Part shown: positions 1 to 12,612 of the stretch, piece by piece
Numbering within the stretch: the stretch's first letter is position 1
Layout: every line of letters starts with the position of its first letter
Assembly (NCBI RefSeq): GCF_001194135.2
Contig: NC_068985.1
Span: forward strand, 59,289,561 to 59,353,560
Direction: 5' to 3'
Source of the DNA: Octopus bimaculoides
Lineage: Eukaryota
DNA: 64,000 bases
Program-made: the position numbers and the translations under genes
Notes under the pieces: model-generated
Database searches by the model: none
Seen by the model: the letters and a program-made list of their open reading frames with translations, nothing else
What the model was told of the DNA's origin: nothing

Positions 1-920
1 AAACTACCAAGCAAAAGGTATGAGCATAGCAAGGACAACATATTCAAAAATACTCCCAAAATTTTTTACAGGAAAATAGGGAAAATACCAGTTACAGTAG
101 AGTGTGTCCCATCAAAAGAAGATATGCAGGAATTTTGGAATAAAATTTGGCCAGAAGAAAAAAACACACAATGAAAAGGCCCCTTGGTCTGATAGAATAT
201 CTACTGACTTAGACTTCTTAGAAGGGCAAAAGTGGGAGGTTATCAAGGTAGAGGATGTAAGATCTCCTCTCGGGAGGTCAAGCAAATGGAAGTCTCCAGG
301 AAAGGATAAAATTCCTATACTCTGGTTGAGTCATGAACTGCTAACAAAGAATCATGAACTGCTAACAAATGTTTACAACGATGTTTTGCAACAACCTAAT
401 ATGACTCCCTCTTGGACAGTTAATAGCGTAACATTCCTACTTCCAAAAAAATGAAGAAACCAAACAATTATAGACTCATAATCTGCTTAACAACAATGTA
501 TAACATGCTAACATCTGTCTTGATTGAATATACCTATAGTGTTTAGATAAAAAGTGGCAATTTCCATAATGAGCATAAAGGATATAGACATGGGTCCTAT
601 GGTTGTAAAGATTAGCTACTCATCAATGAGATGAACTTGGAAGATTGTCACAAACGACACAAAAACTTGTTGATTGCCTGGATAGGCTATAAAAACTCTT
701 TTGATACTCTACCACACAGGTGGATTAAGATATGTCTGAAAATGTATAAAACGACTCTGCGAAACTTCTTGTCTGTAAGTATGAGATCATGAAGAACCAC
801 ACTGATTTGAACAGTGACAATGAATTTCTCAATGCTGGAGATGTAACAAATTCAGGTGGCATTTTCTAGGGTGATACTCTATCACTACTCTTCTTTTGTC
901 TAGCCTTAATTCTTCTCACC
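1..920 (+). mobile_element. R4/Dong-clade non-LTR retrotransposon, decayed RT-region fragment
   Basis: Manual translation gives KDNIFKNTPKIFYRKIGK, NYRLIICLTTMYNMLTS, and GIF*GDTLSLLFFCLALI (RT QGD motif region), with stops and frameshifts; the fragment runs off the window start. Confidence 0.85.
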
Positions 921-3660
921 TTAAATTTTTCTGTCATTTCTTTTTCCATCAATTTATCCATTTCCAAAATCTCCAAGCACTTATAGCCCGTCTCTTCTAT
1001 CTGCTTCATAACCTCCCCCACAGTATCGTTAGCCCGTCCATACATTTGATTTTACCTCTCTTCAAGACTAACAGATCACACTTTCTCAGTCCAAACTCCA
1101 TTCTGATATCAGCATTAAAGGTATACACCGTGTCAACGAGGAACTGACTTGGGCTTCATCTTTACTATAAAGTTTGAGGTCATCCATGAATAACAAATGG
1201 TTGACTTTTTGTTGGCGGATTTTGAATACATACCCAGCTTTTGCTTTCCTCAGAATCAGTGTTAGTGACATCAAGCACAGTACAAAGATCAGTGGGGACA
1301 GGAAGTCCCCTTAGAAGATACCCCTCCTAATTTCTACTGTCCCTAAACCTCTTCCGTATGCTGTCAGGTCCCTCCTCCAATTCGCCACACTCTTTCCAAG
1401 AAGTCGCTCAACATTCGATGCAGTTCAAAATAGGCCCATACACTCCATAATCCAAGAATGTGGGATTATATTGTATGCCTTATGATAGTCGATTCATGGC
1501 ATGGCTAAGTTACTTTTCCCCCTCTTGCAGTCTCTTAGTACAGTTTTTTCTATCAGGAGTTGATCCTTGGTACCTCTGCACTTACGCTTGCAACCCTTCT
1601 GCTCATTTGGCAGGACTCCGTTTTTTTCCAAATGTTCGTGCATTGACTCTGCGAGTATTCCAGTCAATAAATTCCACATAAGTGGCAAACAAGATATCGG
1701 CCTGTAATTGTCTACCGTATAGGCTTTTTCAGGCACAGCAATGTCCTACCCAATGTCAACCACTTTGGTGTTACTTGGTCGGTATTAAACAAGGTGATGA
1801 GTTGCGTAGCTATTCGTGCATGACATTCACCAAATCTTTTGATCCAGTAGCCTTGAACTCCATTTGGTCCTGGGGCCTTCCAGTTGCTCATTTTTTTTTT
1901 TTTTTTTGCTGATTTCCTTCACTTCCCTAACTGAAATGACTAGTTCTGCTTGTTTTGGACTGACTACTGTTTGTTTCAATTCTTGCAAACATTCAGCATC
2001 CTTCTTGTGCTCCTTGTCCTTGAGCCAGATGTCACTACAAAACCTTTGACTTTCAATGTTATCTGGTATCAACTTCTCATCTGTACACTCTCCATTTATT
2101 TCCTCATAGAATCTCTCTTCTGATCTATTCTGAATAGCCTAATCTGATGGTGATCCTCAATTCTTTGGTCGTGTATTACCATCTTTGCTTTCTTTGTAAC
2201 TATGGTGTTACTTGGTCGGTATTTAACAAGTTGTTAAGTTGCGCAGCTATTTGTGCATGACATTCACCAAATCTTTTGATCCAGTAGCCTTGAACTCCAT
2301 CTGGTCCAGGGGACGTCCAGTTGATCATATTTTGCTGATTCCCTTCACTTCCCTAACTGAAATAACTGGTTCTGCCTGTTTTGTACAGATTTTTGTTTGT
2401 TTCAGTTCTTGTGCTCCTTGTCTTTGCTCCAGATGTCACTCCAAAATCTTTGACTTTCATTGTTATCTGGTATAAACTTTTCATCTGTTCACTTTCTATT
2501 TATTTCTTTATAGAATCTCTTCTAATTGACTCTGAATAACCTATTCTGATGGTAACCCTTCATTCTTTGGTCGTATCTTATTATCTTTGCTTTCTTTGCA
2601 ACGAGGCGCTATTTCAGTTCCCCCATTACTCATTTCAGGCCCTATATTTCAATATTATACTTTCTTTTCAGCGCCCTGTATGCTTGTTCGTTTTTAAGCT
2701 CCCCTTTCTCTTTTCGGCCTAACACAGAAATTTTCTTCGAGAGCATGTCTAACTCAGCCTGGATTCTTCTTTTCTACCATGGGTCTTTACTTTTGTCACT
2801 TCCATTCTGTTTCTTTTTCTTGACATCAACACACACATTTTCTGCTACAACAATACTTGTTGCTTTGATCAAATTATTTGTTTCTGTGTTGTTTGTTCTG
2901 ATGTATTTTAGAATATCATTGACATTTTTTCGTTTCTTGGTTCAATTTCGATCAATCTTTTTTTAAATCTGCAAATAATGTCGCTATCGTTCTCCTGTAA
3001 TCTTACCGTTATTCTGTCATAGATTGCCTTTTGTTCATGTTGCCATTAGTTTTATTGTCTTCTTTCAGATCATCTATATGTCTATCATCAAGTAAACTAC
3101 CACTGTTCCTTTCCTGTGCTATGAGATTACGTTTATTAGTAAGAACTGTATTTTCATTGATATCTCTCCTACTATTTTCCATGACCCGTCTTTTGGTAGC
3201 TTCGAGCTCTACTTCTGTGAACCAAAAATTTTCTCTTATTGCTCATGCTTGATCACAGTCTCTGTTCCGGGAGTTGAAGGAATCCCTTTTCTCTCCAATG
3301 ATCATACATATGTTGTCGGTAACCCCTAATTTGAGCACCATTTTCATCTACCGGGCTGCTCATATAGCAACACTCCATCACTAGAGCATTGATTTGCTCC
3401 ATCCATCTGCGTCGTGTGTGGTGGCCCCTATCGACAGGCTGGAGCCGGACCAGAATCTCTGAGCCTGCCGGGTGCAACACTGTCACCATCAGTGGCTTCA
3501 ATTTCATTACCACGGTTATTCACAATATTTCGTTTCTTCATCGTCACTCATATGAGGTGGCGATTATCAGCTTGCGCAATTACCAGTGTTTTTATTGTGA
3601 CACCATCGCTAGATGTATCATTAATCAATTCATGGGGAGGTTCCATCTGTGTCATTTCAT
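921..3660 (-). mobile_element. R4/Dong-clade retrotransposon, 5' half (N-terminal domain through RT), pseudogenised
   Basis: Minus-strand peptides: YRQHMYDHWREKGFLQLPEQRL(C)DQARAIR (R4 N-terminal domain), [72 protein letters not shown]. No endonuclease end is present. Confidence 0.9.
1767..2602. repeat. Internal tandem duplication (about 437 bp period) inside the R4 element
   Basis: ggtgttacttggtcggtatt...catgacattcaccaaatcttttgatccagtagccttgaactccat starts at both 1767 and 2204; both copies end in atctttgctttctttg(t/c)aac. Confidence 0.9.
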
Positions 3661-3740
3661 TATTATTATTATTATCATCATCATCATCATCATCACTGAT
3701 ATCACTGATATTGTTTGTATGTCTAGTAGCAGCAGTGGTT

Positions 3741-4341
3741 CTCGAATACTCAAGGAGAAAGGAAAGGGTAGGTATTCACACAGTACTTGTAGATATTAAA
3801 GGGGTTTTTTTAAAGCTGATCGTTTGTGTGTTCGAAAGCAAGTAGGTATGTAAGTTTCCTAAATTATTTTATTTTGAGGGAGATTTAAAGTATTCACAGG
3901 AAATTGTAGATATTCCAGCCTTTGGGAATTGTAGGAGGAAGAGATGTTCACCTTGTTGCATTTTTGAACTTCTGAATTTCTTTTTTTTTTCTTTTGGAAT
4001 TTTTCTTTGCTTTTTAAAAGTTTTACTGTGGTTTACAGTTTTTGTAGTTGTGCAGTATGTATATATTGGAAGGTGCGTACTTCCTTAATTTTTTAACGTG
4101 CTTTTAATTGTATTGTTACAATAAAATGCATGTTTACATATTCGGTTAATCAGGGAAGAAACAAGGACAAAATGTTCACACAAATTGAAGATATTAACGT
4201 TTCTCAATGTTTTGAGGTGTTCGTTTGCATTTCCATTCAGAGAAAACTGTGGTGTTTTTTACAATAAAAAGGATGTTTACATTTTCGAATATTCAGGGGA
4301 AAAGGAACGGAAAGAAAAGTAAGATAATTTTTTTCATAGAA
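3741..4341. repeat. Unclassified ~525-bp-unit complex repeat (copy 1; runs into gap)
   Basis: Colinear with 24072-24925; the motif gatgtttacattttcgaata(t/c)tcaggg recurs at about 4271. Confidence 0.75.
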
Positions 4342-4732
4342 NNNNNNNNNNNNNNNNNNNNNNNNNNNNNNNNNNNNNNNNNNNNNNNNNNNNNNNNNNN
4401 NNNNNNNNNNNNNNNNNNNNNNNNNNNNNNNNNNNNNNNNNNNNNNNNNNNNNNNNNNNNNNNNNNNNNNNNNNNNNNNNNNNNNNNNNNNNNNNNNNNN
4501 NNNNNNNNNNNNNNNNNNNNNNNNNNNNNNNNNNNNNNNNNNNNNNNNNNNNNNNNNNNNNNNNNNNNNNNNNNNNNNNNNNNNNNNATATCCCTGCTGG
4601 GTTGTATTAGTGTTTCAGTCTTCAGCTGCTGACAGGTCAGAGCAGCGAAGAAAACGTCCAGCCGCCTTTTCCCCTCCAGCCGCCTTTTCCCCCTCCAGCC
4701 GCCTTATTATTATTAATGTTATTATTATTATT

Positions 4733-5275
4733 GAGTGAGAGAGCAGTGCATGTCATCAAAGTGACACTGGGGTAAAATATACGAAGCCCAATATACCCAT
4801 CATGACTACCCGTCTGATAAGGATACACCAGGCACATGCATCACAACCATATATGTGCGACATGGTGATCTCATATCAAGATAAACAGCGCATGACCTCG
4901 CAGGTGGGGTCCACTTAGAATTTTCTTCAGGTCGAGTAGCCCATCTCGCTCAGAAGGTCCTTGAATAAGGTTTGCTTAAAGATGTTGAGCAAAACACCCA
5001 TGTTTCCAAAGGTGAATTATTCAAACCCCAAAGAATTCCTCTCAACACATGGCTATGATGCTCCCCCACTACTTCTGCTCGTGATCAGAGATGCACATAT
5101 CGTCAGCCATCAAGGGCTATGCTCAACTGGTTAAGGTCAAACAACTGACAAGCAAATCTGTGGTATTAAGCAGAATGTTTACTGTAGCCAATATTTTATA
5201 CCAAGACAAAACAATGTACATGATAACACTTCCAATCAATTAAGACCAGGAGCCATGAGACCCACTGCCTTGTAC
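4733..5275 (-). mobile_element. ~540-bp non-coding retroposon ('family X'), flanked by (ATT)n on both sides
   Basis: Nearly identical to the split copy at 33865-33922 plus 34987-35394; on the minus strand it ends in ctctctcactc followed by (AAT)n; no coherent ORF. Confidence 0.75.
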
Positions 5276-5292
5276 TACTATTATTATTATTA

Positions 5293-5362
<70 letters not shown>

Positions 5363-5369
5363 CACCATT

Positions 5370-5401
<32 letters not shown>

Positions 5402-5404
5402 TAT

Positions 5405-5470
5405 ATTGGTTGGTTTGGCTGAGGTTCGGTCTTATTCCTGGTAGGATTTTATGTGTGTAGCGGGCTGATC
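5405..5470 (-). repeat. Short retroelement 3' tail between microsatellites
   Basis: Reverse complement of 61440-61500 (ccacataaatcctaccaggaataagaccgaacctgagccaaacc + (AAT)n). Confidence 0.6.
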
Positions 5471-5475
5471 ATCAC

Positions 5476-5508
<33 letters not shown>

Positions 5509-5851
5509 TATCATTATTATTATGACAGCAACAATTACAACACCAAATACAAGGCTGAAGAAATAAAAATATATATAGTTTTAGGTTCTTGACCAAAATT
5601 ACTTTTCTTTAAATTTACCCAAAGGGAATGATAAATATTTTGCTATTTCTCTACAATTCCAAAGAGAAACTGAACATTGACTCCTAAAATTTCCAAACTG
5701 ATAAACGATCAGGAAGATGACAACTAACGTTATAATGTTGTTTTTGTTAGAAAGTTCTAACTCAAAAAATGAAACTTGAAATTTTTGTTGTCGGTATTGT
5801 GGCCGTTATTATTGTTGCTATCAGGGTTATGGTATTGAAGTGTTGCATGTG

Positions 5852-5909
<58 letters not shown>

Positions 5910-6068
5910 CGCGCGTGCGTGCGCGCGTGCGTGCGTGTGCTTAACAAAATTGTCAGGAATACATTCCGTGAATTGAATTCAAAATTGTTTCTGAGAAAAA
6001 AATTCAATATTGTTTTCTAAAGGATTTTACTTTCCGTTATCCACATTTTTCTCTTCTAAATTCAACAG

Positions 6069-6121
6069 AAACGGTCTCTGTAGATTTGTATCCCATTACA
6101 CACACACCCAAAGAAATATTG
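6069..6121 (+). CDS. Candidate internal exon of host gene (xTVSVDLYPITHTPKEIL)
   Basis: Pyrimidine-rich acceptor tttttctcttctaaattcaacAG, open frame, donor TTG|gtaaaa; lies in non-repetitive sequence. No homology support. Confidence 0.3.
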
Positions 6122-7111
6122 GTAAAATTAAGAATACTCCAGTACACCTCACATTAATGTCTAATCTCACAGAAATCATTGCATTCACAATTTATTTTCT
6201 TGTTAAATAAATTTGTATAGAGATCATTGCATTGATTAATACAAAATACTCATACTGTACGCAAAAACCGACATTGCAAAGAAGCGGAGAAGGGAAAATA
6301 AATAATACGAAATATTAACTACAACTGTAACAAAGTAGAAAACAAGTCAAATCTCGTTTAGATCTTATTGGAATAGAGATCTGTCTCAATGTAAATTTTT
6401 CCAAAATTTATCAAAAGAGTGAGCTGTTGCATTGTTGGACAATTCATCATTTAATTTCGTTTACAAAACTTGAAGTGAATAAAATATTTCAGCATTTTCT
6501 TCGAATTTTTATGGAATTTTCTTCTTGGGAAAATATTTTTCCAACACGAAGATCTAGTTGTAGGAGATGTTTATGGTTGTATATTTTAAAGTGTCTCCAA
6601 CTGTGGAGAGCTGATTAAAGTTTCGCGTTCGGTTTATCGATATTGACACAAGTTGCCACAAATATGTAGTAGGAACGTAATTTCTTGCGATATGTGATTG
6701 CCTTTCAAAATTATTTTGTTTATAGAGAATTAAATGCTTTATATATGTTTATCTGCGTGTGTATACGTGTATACATGTGAATATATATATATATATATAT
6801 ATNNNNNNNNNNNNNNNNNNNNNNNNNNNNNNNNNNNNNNNNNNNNNNNNNNNNNNNNNNNNNNNNNNNNNNNNNNNNNNNNNNNNNNNNNNNNNNNNNN
6901 NNNNNNNNNNNNNNNNNNNNNNNNNNNNNNNNNNNNNNNNNNNNNNNNNNNNNNNNNNNNNNNNNNNNNNNNNNNNNNNNNNNNNNNNNNNNNNNNNNNN
7001 NNNNNNNNNNNNNNNNNNNNNNNNNNNNNNNNNNNNNNNNNNNNNNNNNNNNNNNNNNNNNNNNNNNNNNNNNNNNNNNNNNNNNNNNNNNNNNNNNNNN
7101 NNNNNNAATCT

Positions 7112-7216
<105 letters not shown>

Positions 7217-7378
7217 TTGTATATAACCAGAGGGCACAATCGTTACAAAAATAACTAAGGGTGTTACTCTATTGCCGATGGGTAAGCTAAATAGACTTGT
7301 AAGTTTATAGAATATACCATAGGAAACAAAGGCTTATTCAGTCAAATGGTAAAGTGAGAATTATAAAATAGTTAAATT

Positions 7379-8372
7379 GGCTAGGTGGACTCCAAAACCA
7401 AAAGGCGCAAATAGTCACTGAAAGTGACTAAGGGTGCGACTCAGCACCAGCATTGCTAGAGATAGGAGGAGAAGGAGACCCTCTTCAGTCATGAATGACC
7501 ATGAGATTGCACCTAGAAAGTTACCCCCCGAAGCACAAGTGCGAGCAAGGTTGTTTGTGGAAGGCCAGCAGTCGCCCTTGCATACCAGCCTCCCCTCACC
7601 ACACCACTGATGTTTTCCAATGGAAAGAGAAAGGCCGATACAGCTTGGCACCAGTGATGTCGCAACATATTTCTACAGCTGTGTTAACTGGAGCAACGGG
7701 AAATAAAGTGTCTTGCTCAAGAACACAACACGCAGATCGGTCCGGGAATCGAACTCACTCCCTCACGATCGTAAGCTCGACGCTCCAACCACTGAGCCAT
7801 GTGCCTTCACTAGAGATAAGAGTCAAAATGATTCTTAGCAACGAACAGAGAATTTTCTCTTCAACAGAGCACTTTCTATTCAACAGAGCACTTTCTATTC
7901 ACTGACAAGGCAGACAGCCTCCCCTAATTGTTATTTTGACTTTTATTTCTAGCAGTGCTGCTGTTGAGTTGCACTCTTAGTCTCTTCCAGTGACTATTGT
8001 GTTTATGCCTATTGGTTTTAAATTACGTCTAGCCACTTTAATAATTTTATAATTACCACTGTACCATTTTACTGAATAAGACACTGATTTCTATGAACAA
8101 ATCAATTTAGCTTACCCATCGGTAATGGAGTCACATTACTGATGGAATTTAATTCTACCCGAAATCAGCAGGACGGTCTGACTCCCTCACTTGCTGTGGG
8201 GAGGCTATCTCGCTAGTCAGTGAATAGGATGTGCTCTGTTGAACAGAAAATGCTCTATTTATGTCTAAGAGATATTTTAACTCTTATTTCTAGCAATGCT
8301 GGTGATGACTTGAACCCTTAGTCAGTTTCCTGACTATCGTATTTGTGCCATTTGTTTATAAATTGTGTCTTG
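7379..8372. repeat. Diverged fold-back (arms about 190 bp) with a SINE inserted in the left arm
   Basis: 7379-7464 plus 7819-7924 is the reverse complement of 8198-8372 (ggggaggct..gtcagtgaatag..gtgctctgttgaa..gcaatgctggtg..cccttagtca); a third partial copy lies at about 7950-8035. Confidence 0.7.
7465..7810 (-). mobile_element. Full-length tRNA-derived SINE with target-site duplication
   Basis: Minus strand starts gtgaaggcacaTGGCTCAGTGG (A box)...gaGTTCGATTCC (B box), then ttgagcaagacactt; ctagagata is duplicated at 7456-7464 and 7810-7818. Confidence 0.9.
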
Positions 8373-8384
8373 CCCGGGATTCGA

Positions 8385-9770
8385 GGGGGTTAACAGAAAT
8401 ACAATAACCACCTGAACAGAACCAACATTAAGCAATACAACGATAAGTTTAGCTTAAATTACAGGGAAACCCAGAAGACTAAAAGGAACCATATATCGGG
8501 CCCACTAAAACCTAACAATATTAGCAGGGAAAATAATGAAAAGACACATATTAAAAATAAACCCAAATATACAAATAAATTAGACAGCCGGAGAGAAAAA
8601 TTCACCAGCCTCCCCAGTTATGATGGTAGCTTCTATACCAGATATGGCCGTAATAGCAGCAAAAACAATAAGGATATGACCTGGCTAATCATTCCCTATA
8701 ACATGGGCCTCAAANNNNNNNNNNNNNNNNNNNNNNNNNNNNNNNNNNNNNNNNNNNNNNNNNNNNNNNNNNNNNNNNNNNNNNNNNNNNNNNNNNNNNN
8801 NNNNNNNNNNNNNNNNNNNNNNNNNNNNNNNNNNNNNNNNNNNNNNNNNNNNNNNNNNNNNNNNNNNNNNNNNNNNNNNNNNNNNNNNNNNNNNNNNNNN
8901 NNNNNNNNNNNNNNNNNNNNNNNNNNNNNNNNNNNNNNNNNNNNNGGTGCAAGACACATAATATAGTTTACCAATGTGATGTACAAACAAATAGCCACAC
9001 TAAATCTTACATTGGGGGAACGAGTAACCAAATACGTTTAAGATATAATGAGCACCTAGCGAGTTTTAAAAAACAGAAATAAGGCAAATTCTACAGGGCT
9101 TAGTAGGTATATCTGGGAACTAAACGACAATAAGATAGAATATAAACTAAAGTGGCACATACTAAAAGTAGCTAATTCCTATAACCCAACTAACAGACGG
9201 TGCAATCCCTGTGTAACAGAGTGCCTCGAAATCCTAACAGCTAAGAACGAATTATTAAACAGGAGATACGAATCTAGTCTAATCTGTCTTCACGCTACTA
9301 AATACTCATTATCTAAGTATATTTAAATATATAATACATTACACCTCCTGAGCAAAACTAAATATGCATAAAATAGCTTTACTTCTAAGTAGATATGAAT
9401 AAGACAAAAGTTAGCCCCCTTTTCACCTAAATTTTAGGGTTGCTTCCCTGTACTAACACCGCCGATGCTATAAAAACACAGCGCATCCAGCAATCACAAA
9501 CATCACGTGGAGATGTGCTTGACTAAAACTGGAACAATGTTCTTAAATAGCACCCACCCTATATCCCCTTACAAGAAGACCAATGCAACAACTAAAACGT
9601 AAGGCTCTATTTACCTATCACCACTATCAGACCACCACATATATTACACCCAATAATTACTTCTACATTTCGCACACCACAAACTTCGAATATACCCTTC
9701 AACACTCTGAAGAGATCGGCCAAACTACTGGCTGCATCGAAACGTACGTAAGTGACTAAGACATAATATA
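8385..9770 (+). mobile_element. Penelope-like element 3' part: linker, GIY-YIG endonuclease, 3' UTR/pseudo-LTR
   Basis: DMTWLIIPYNMGLK before the gap (resembles the PLE TWFNPPY motif); after the gap NIVYQCDVQTNSHTKSYIGGT...RYNEHLASF...YIWEL...KWHIL...CNPCVTECLEIL...LLNRR..ICLHATK. Confidence 0.85.
9703..9754 (+). ncRNA. Minimal type I hammerhead ribozyme
   Basis: cact-CTGAAGA-[gat cggcca aactac tggctg c atc]-GAAA-C gtac G-TA-agtg: intact core, stem I cact/agtg, stem II of about 9 bp, palindromic helix III (ACGTACGT), GUA cleavage triplet. Confidence 0.85.
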
Positions 9771-10489
9771 CAANNNNNNNNNNNNNNNNNNNNNNNNNNN
9801 NNNNNNNNNNNNNNNNNNNNNNNNNNNNNNNNNNNNNNNNNNNNNNNNNNNNNNNNNNNNNNNNNNNNNNNNNNNNNNNNNNNNNNNNNNNNNNNNNNNN
9901 NNNNNNNNNNNNNNNNNNNNNNNNNNNNNNNNNNNNNNNNNNNNNNNNNNNNNNNNNNNNNNNNNNNNNNNNNNNNNNNNNNNNNNNNNNNNNNNNNNNN
10001 NNNNNNNNNNNNNNNNNNNNNNNNNNNNNNNNNNNNNNNNNNNNNNNNNNNNNNNNNNNNNNNNNNNNNNNNNNNNNNNNNNNNNNNNNNNNNNNNNNNN
10101 NNNNNNNNNNNNNNNNNNNNNNNNNNNNNNNNNNNNNNNNNNNNNNNNNNNNNNNNNNNNNNNNNNNNNNNNNNNNNNNNNNNNNNNNNNNNNNNNNNNN
10201 NNNNNNNNNNNNNNNNNNNNNNNNNNNNNNNNNNNNNNNNNNNNNNNNNNNNNNNNNNNNNNNNNNNNNNNNNNNNNNNNNNNNNNNNNNNNNNNNNNNN
10301 NNNNNNNNNNNNNNNNNNNNNNNNNNNNNNNNNNNNNNNNNNNNNNNNNNNNNNNNNNNNNNNNNNNNNNNNNNNNNNNNNNNNNNNNNNNNNNNNNNNN
10401 NNNNNNNNNNNNNNNNNNNNNNNNNNNNNNNNNNNNNNNNNNNNNNNNNNNATATATACATTTATATAATAAAAAAATAAAGTAAAGTG

Positions 10490-12170
10490 TACGGTTACTT
10501 ACGTAATGAATGATATTTAAGATGATGATGAAAATAATGAAGGTAATGACTGCATAGCAAAGAAGATTTAAAGCTTTTCAGGTGACGCCTCTTCTTCGGG
10601 TGTTTTAGGGGATCTCGTTTCTTCGTGCAAGGCTTTCTTGGTGGCTTGAGGAACATTGTGATGGGAAGTTGCTGTCGTTGTTTCTTCATGATGGTGAGGA
10701 GTGTTGTATATATTGCATGGCAGTATCGATGGCATTTTTAAATTGGTGTGAACGAACCATATAGGGTTCCCATTCTTCCCCCTTACCTTGCAATTTGTTT
10801 GCTGTTCTTATAAGATCGGACAGACGTTTGATTGCTAGGCCCACCTCACTCCCTCTTCATCTGAATCTGGCACTCCCACCTCCTCTTCGTTAACTCCAAC
10901 AAATATTCGTCTGTCAGGGTTTCGGAGTGTGTATCTATGAGGTGATTGACATCTTGCGTGATGTCGTCAAAAACGTTGTCACCAACTACCTTTGTCAGTT
11001 CCCCCGCATTGTTGACAGCCACGTGCTGAATATCTTCAGGTGAGAAGCCCTCGAAGTCTTCGACACACTCTAGCCACACCTTGTTCCAACATGCGATGAG
11101 GCTTTCTTTTTCATGTCTTTAAGAGCAGAATGGATGACTGACAGCCACGTTGCGATCGTGAAGTTAAGCCAGTACTCCTTTAACTTGATTTTTTCGTCCG
11201 AATTTCATTGCGTTGACAAGGTGTTAGGGAGAGCCGAGTATAGAGTGCATTGAAGGCATGGATCACGCTTTGATCCACAGGCTGGATGACGGAGGAGGTG
11301 TTACAAGGGAGGAACTCGACTTGGACTTCTTCGTGATTCAAATCCAAAGAGTGAACACCAGCATTATCCATAACAAGCAACACCTTGAATTCCATGCAAA
11401 CATTTTGGAGGTATTCCTTGGCTTGAGGTTTGAAGCATTGGTGGAACCAATTCAAAGTTAGACTTTGGTAATCTAAGCCTTGGGGTTGTGCATCCAGTGG
11501 ACAGTCAGCATGTTTATATCCTTATTTTTGAAGGCCCTCGATTTCGGGACTTTGAGATAAGTCCTGGCTTCATCATAAAGCCAGCAGCATTACCACACAT
11601 AATTAACATCACTCTGTCCTTCTGTGCCTTAAATCCTGCGGCTCTAACTTCGTCCTTCATGATGTACGTTCTGGAAGGCATCTTCTTCCAGAACAAGCCA
11701 GTCTTGTCCATATTGAAAATCTGTACCGGCTTGTATCCCTTGCTCCCGATGATCTGTTTGAAGGTCTCGGGGTACTTCTCGGCGACTTTGTTGTCAGCTA
11801 ATGTTGTCTCTCCATACAGGGAAACATTTTATTTTAAACTATTTCTGGAAACGTTCAAACGATCCCTTGCTGGTTTGAAAATCTTCGGTGCTTTCTGCTT
11901 CGTCTCCTCTGTCGAACTGCTGATATTATTTCCGCGCTTTCTCACGGATGATATTACCGCACAAGGGGCTGTTTTTCTTGGAGTCACTGATCCACAATGT
12001 CAAGGCGGATCCCATCCTGACGCAGTGCTTATTTCTCACCATCATTATTTTTGTGGCACGTTCACAGAAACTTACTGCTACAGTAGTCCTGATCGCCAAC
12101 ACGTTCTTCTTTATGTAGCGTATGGTGCTTTTGTTGACAACATAATAGTGACCCACTGCAGCATAACTAC
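10490..12170 (-). mobile_element. Tigger/pogo-family (Tc1/mariner superfamily) DNA transposon, decayed transposase
   Basis: Minus-strand peptides: CENP-B-type HTH region, MDKTGLFWKKMPSRTYI..GFKAQKDRVMLIMCGNAAG, LNWFHQCFKPQAKEYL..KVLLVMDNAGVH..FLPCNTSSVIQPVDQ (DDE_1). TIRs not identified. Confidence 0.9.
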
Positions 12171-12454
12171 TAGTTATGTAGTAATAATTTTAGTGTGTGA
12201 TAAATTATGTTTATGTTTGCATTAATATTCATGCCATGCTTTATACAATACAGGTGTATATTCAGAAATCAATGCAAATAAATAAGTTTCCGTCTACTAC
12301 ATCCACCCATATGTCATTGGTAGAACCGTACTATAATAGTAAACACAACCGAATATGCCGTGAAGAGGGACTGAACCCAAACCACGTTTGTGCAAAGCTG
12401 ACATCTTAACCATTCGATGCTTAGCGTATCTCGATTTCTCTGTATATTTCTATC

Positions 12455-12491
<37 letters not shown>

Positions 12492-12530
12492 AATGTATAT
12501 ACAATAAGACACTCAATATTTAAAACAGAG

Positions 12531-12612
12531 AAGGCAGCGAGCTGACAGAAGCGTTAGCACGCCGGGCGAAATGCTGAGTGGTATGTGACGTGTGTCGTAT
12601 CGTCGCAGTTAA
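12531..12612 (+). mobile_element. SINE family A, 5' head (truncated by gap)
   Basis: aaggcagcgagctgacagaagcgttagcacgccgggcgaaatgct matches the head of the copy at 56217. Confidence 0.8.

Noticed and set aside
7740-7810. tRNA gene candidates (also 38975-39046 and family A/B heads)
   Set aside because: A and B boxes are present but continue into SINE bodies with tails and TSDs; no complete acceptor stem.
11488-12225. 245-aa + strand ORF
   Set aside because: Antisense shadow of the minus-strand Tigger transposase; likewise 60482-61087 is the antisense of R4 RT.
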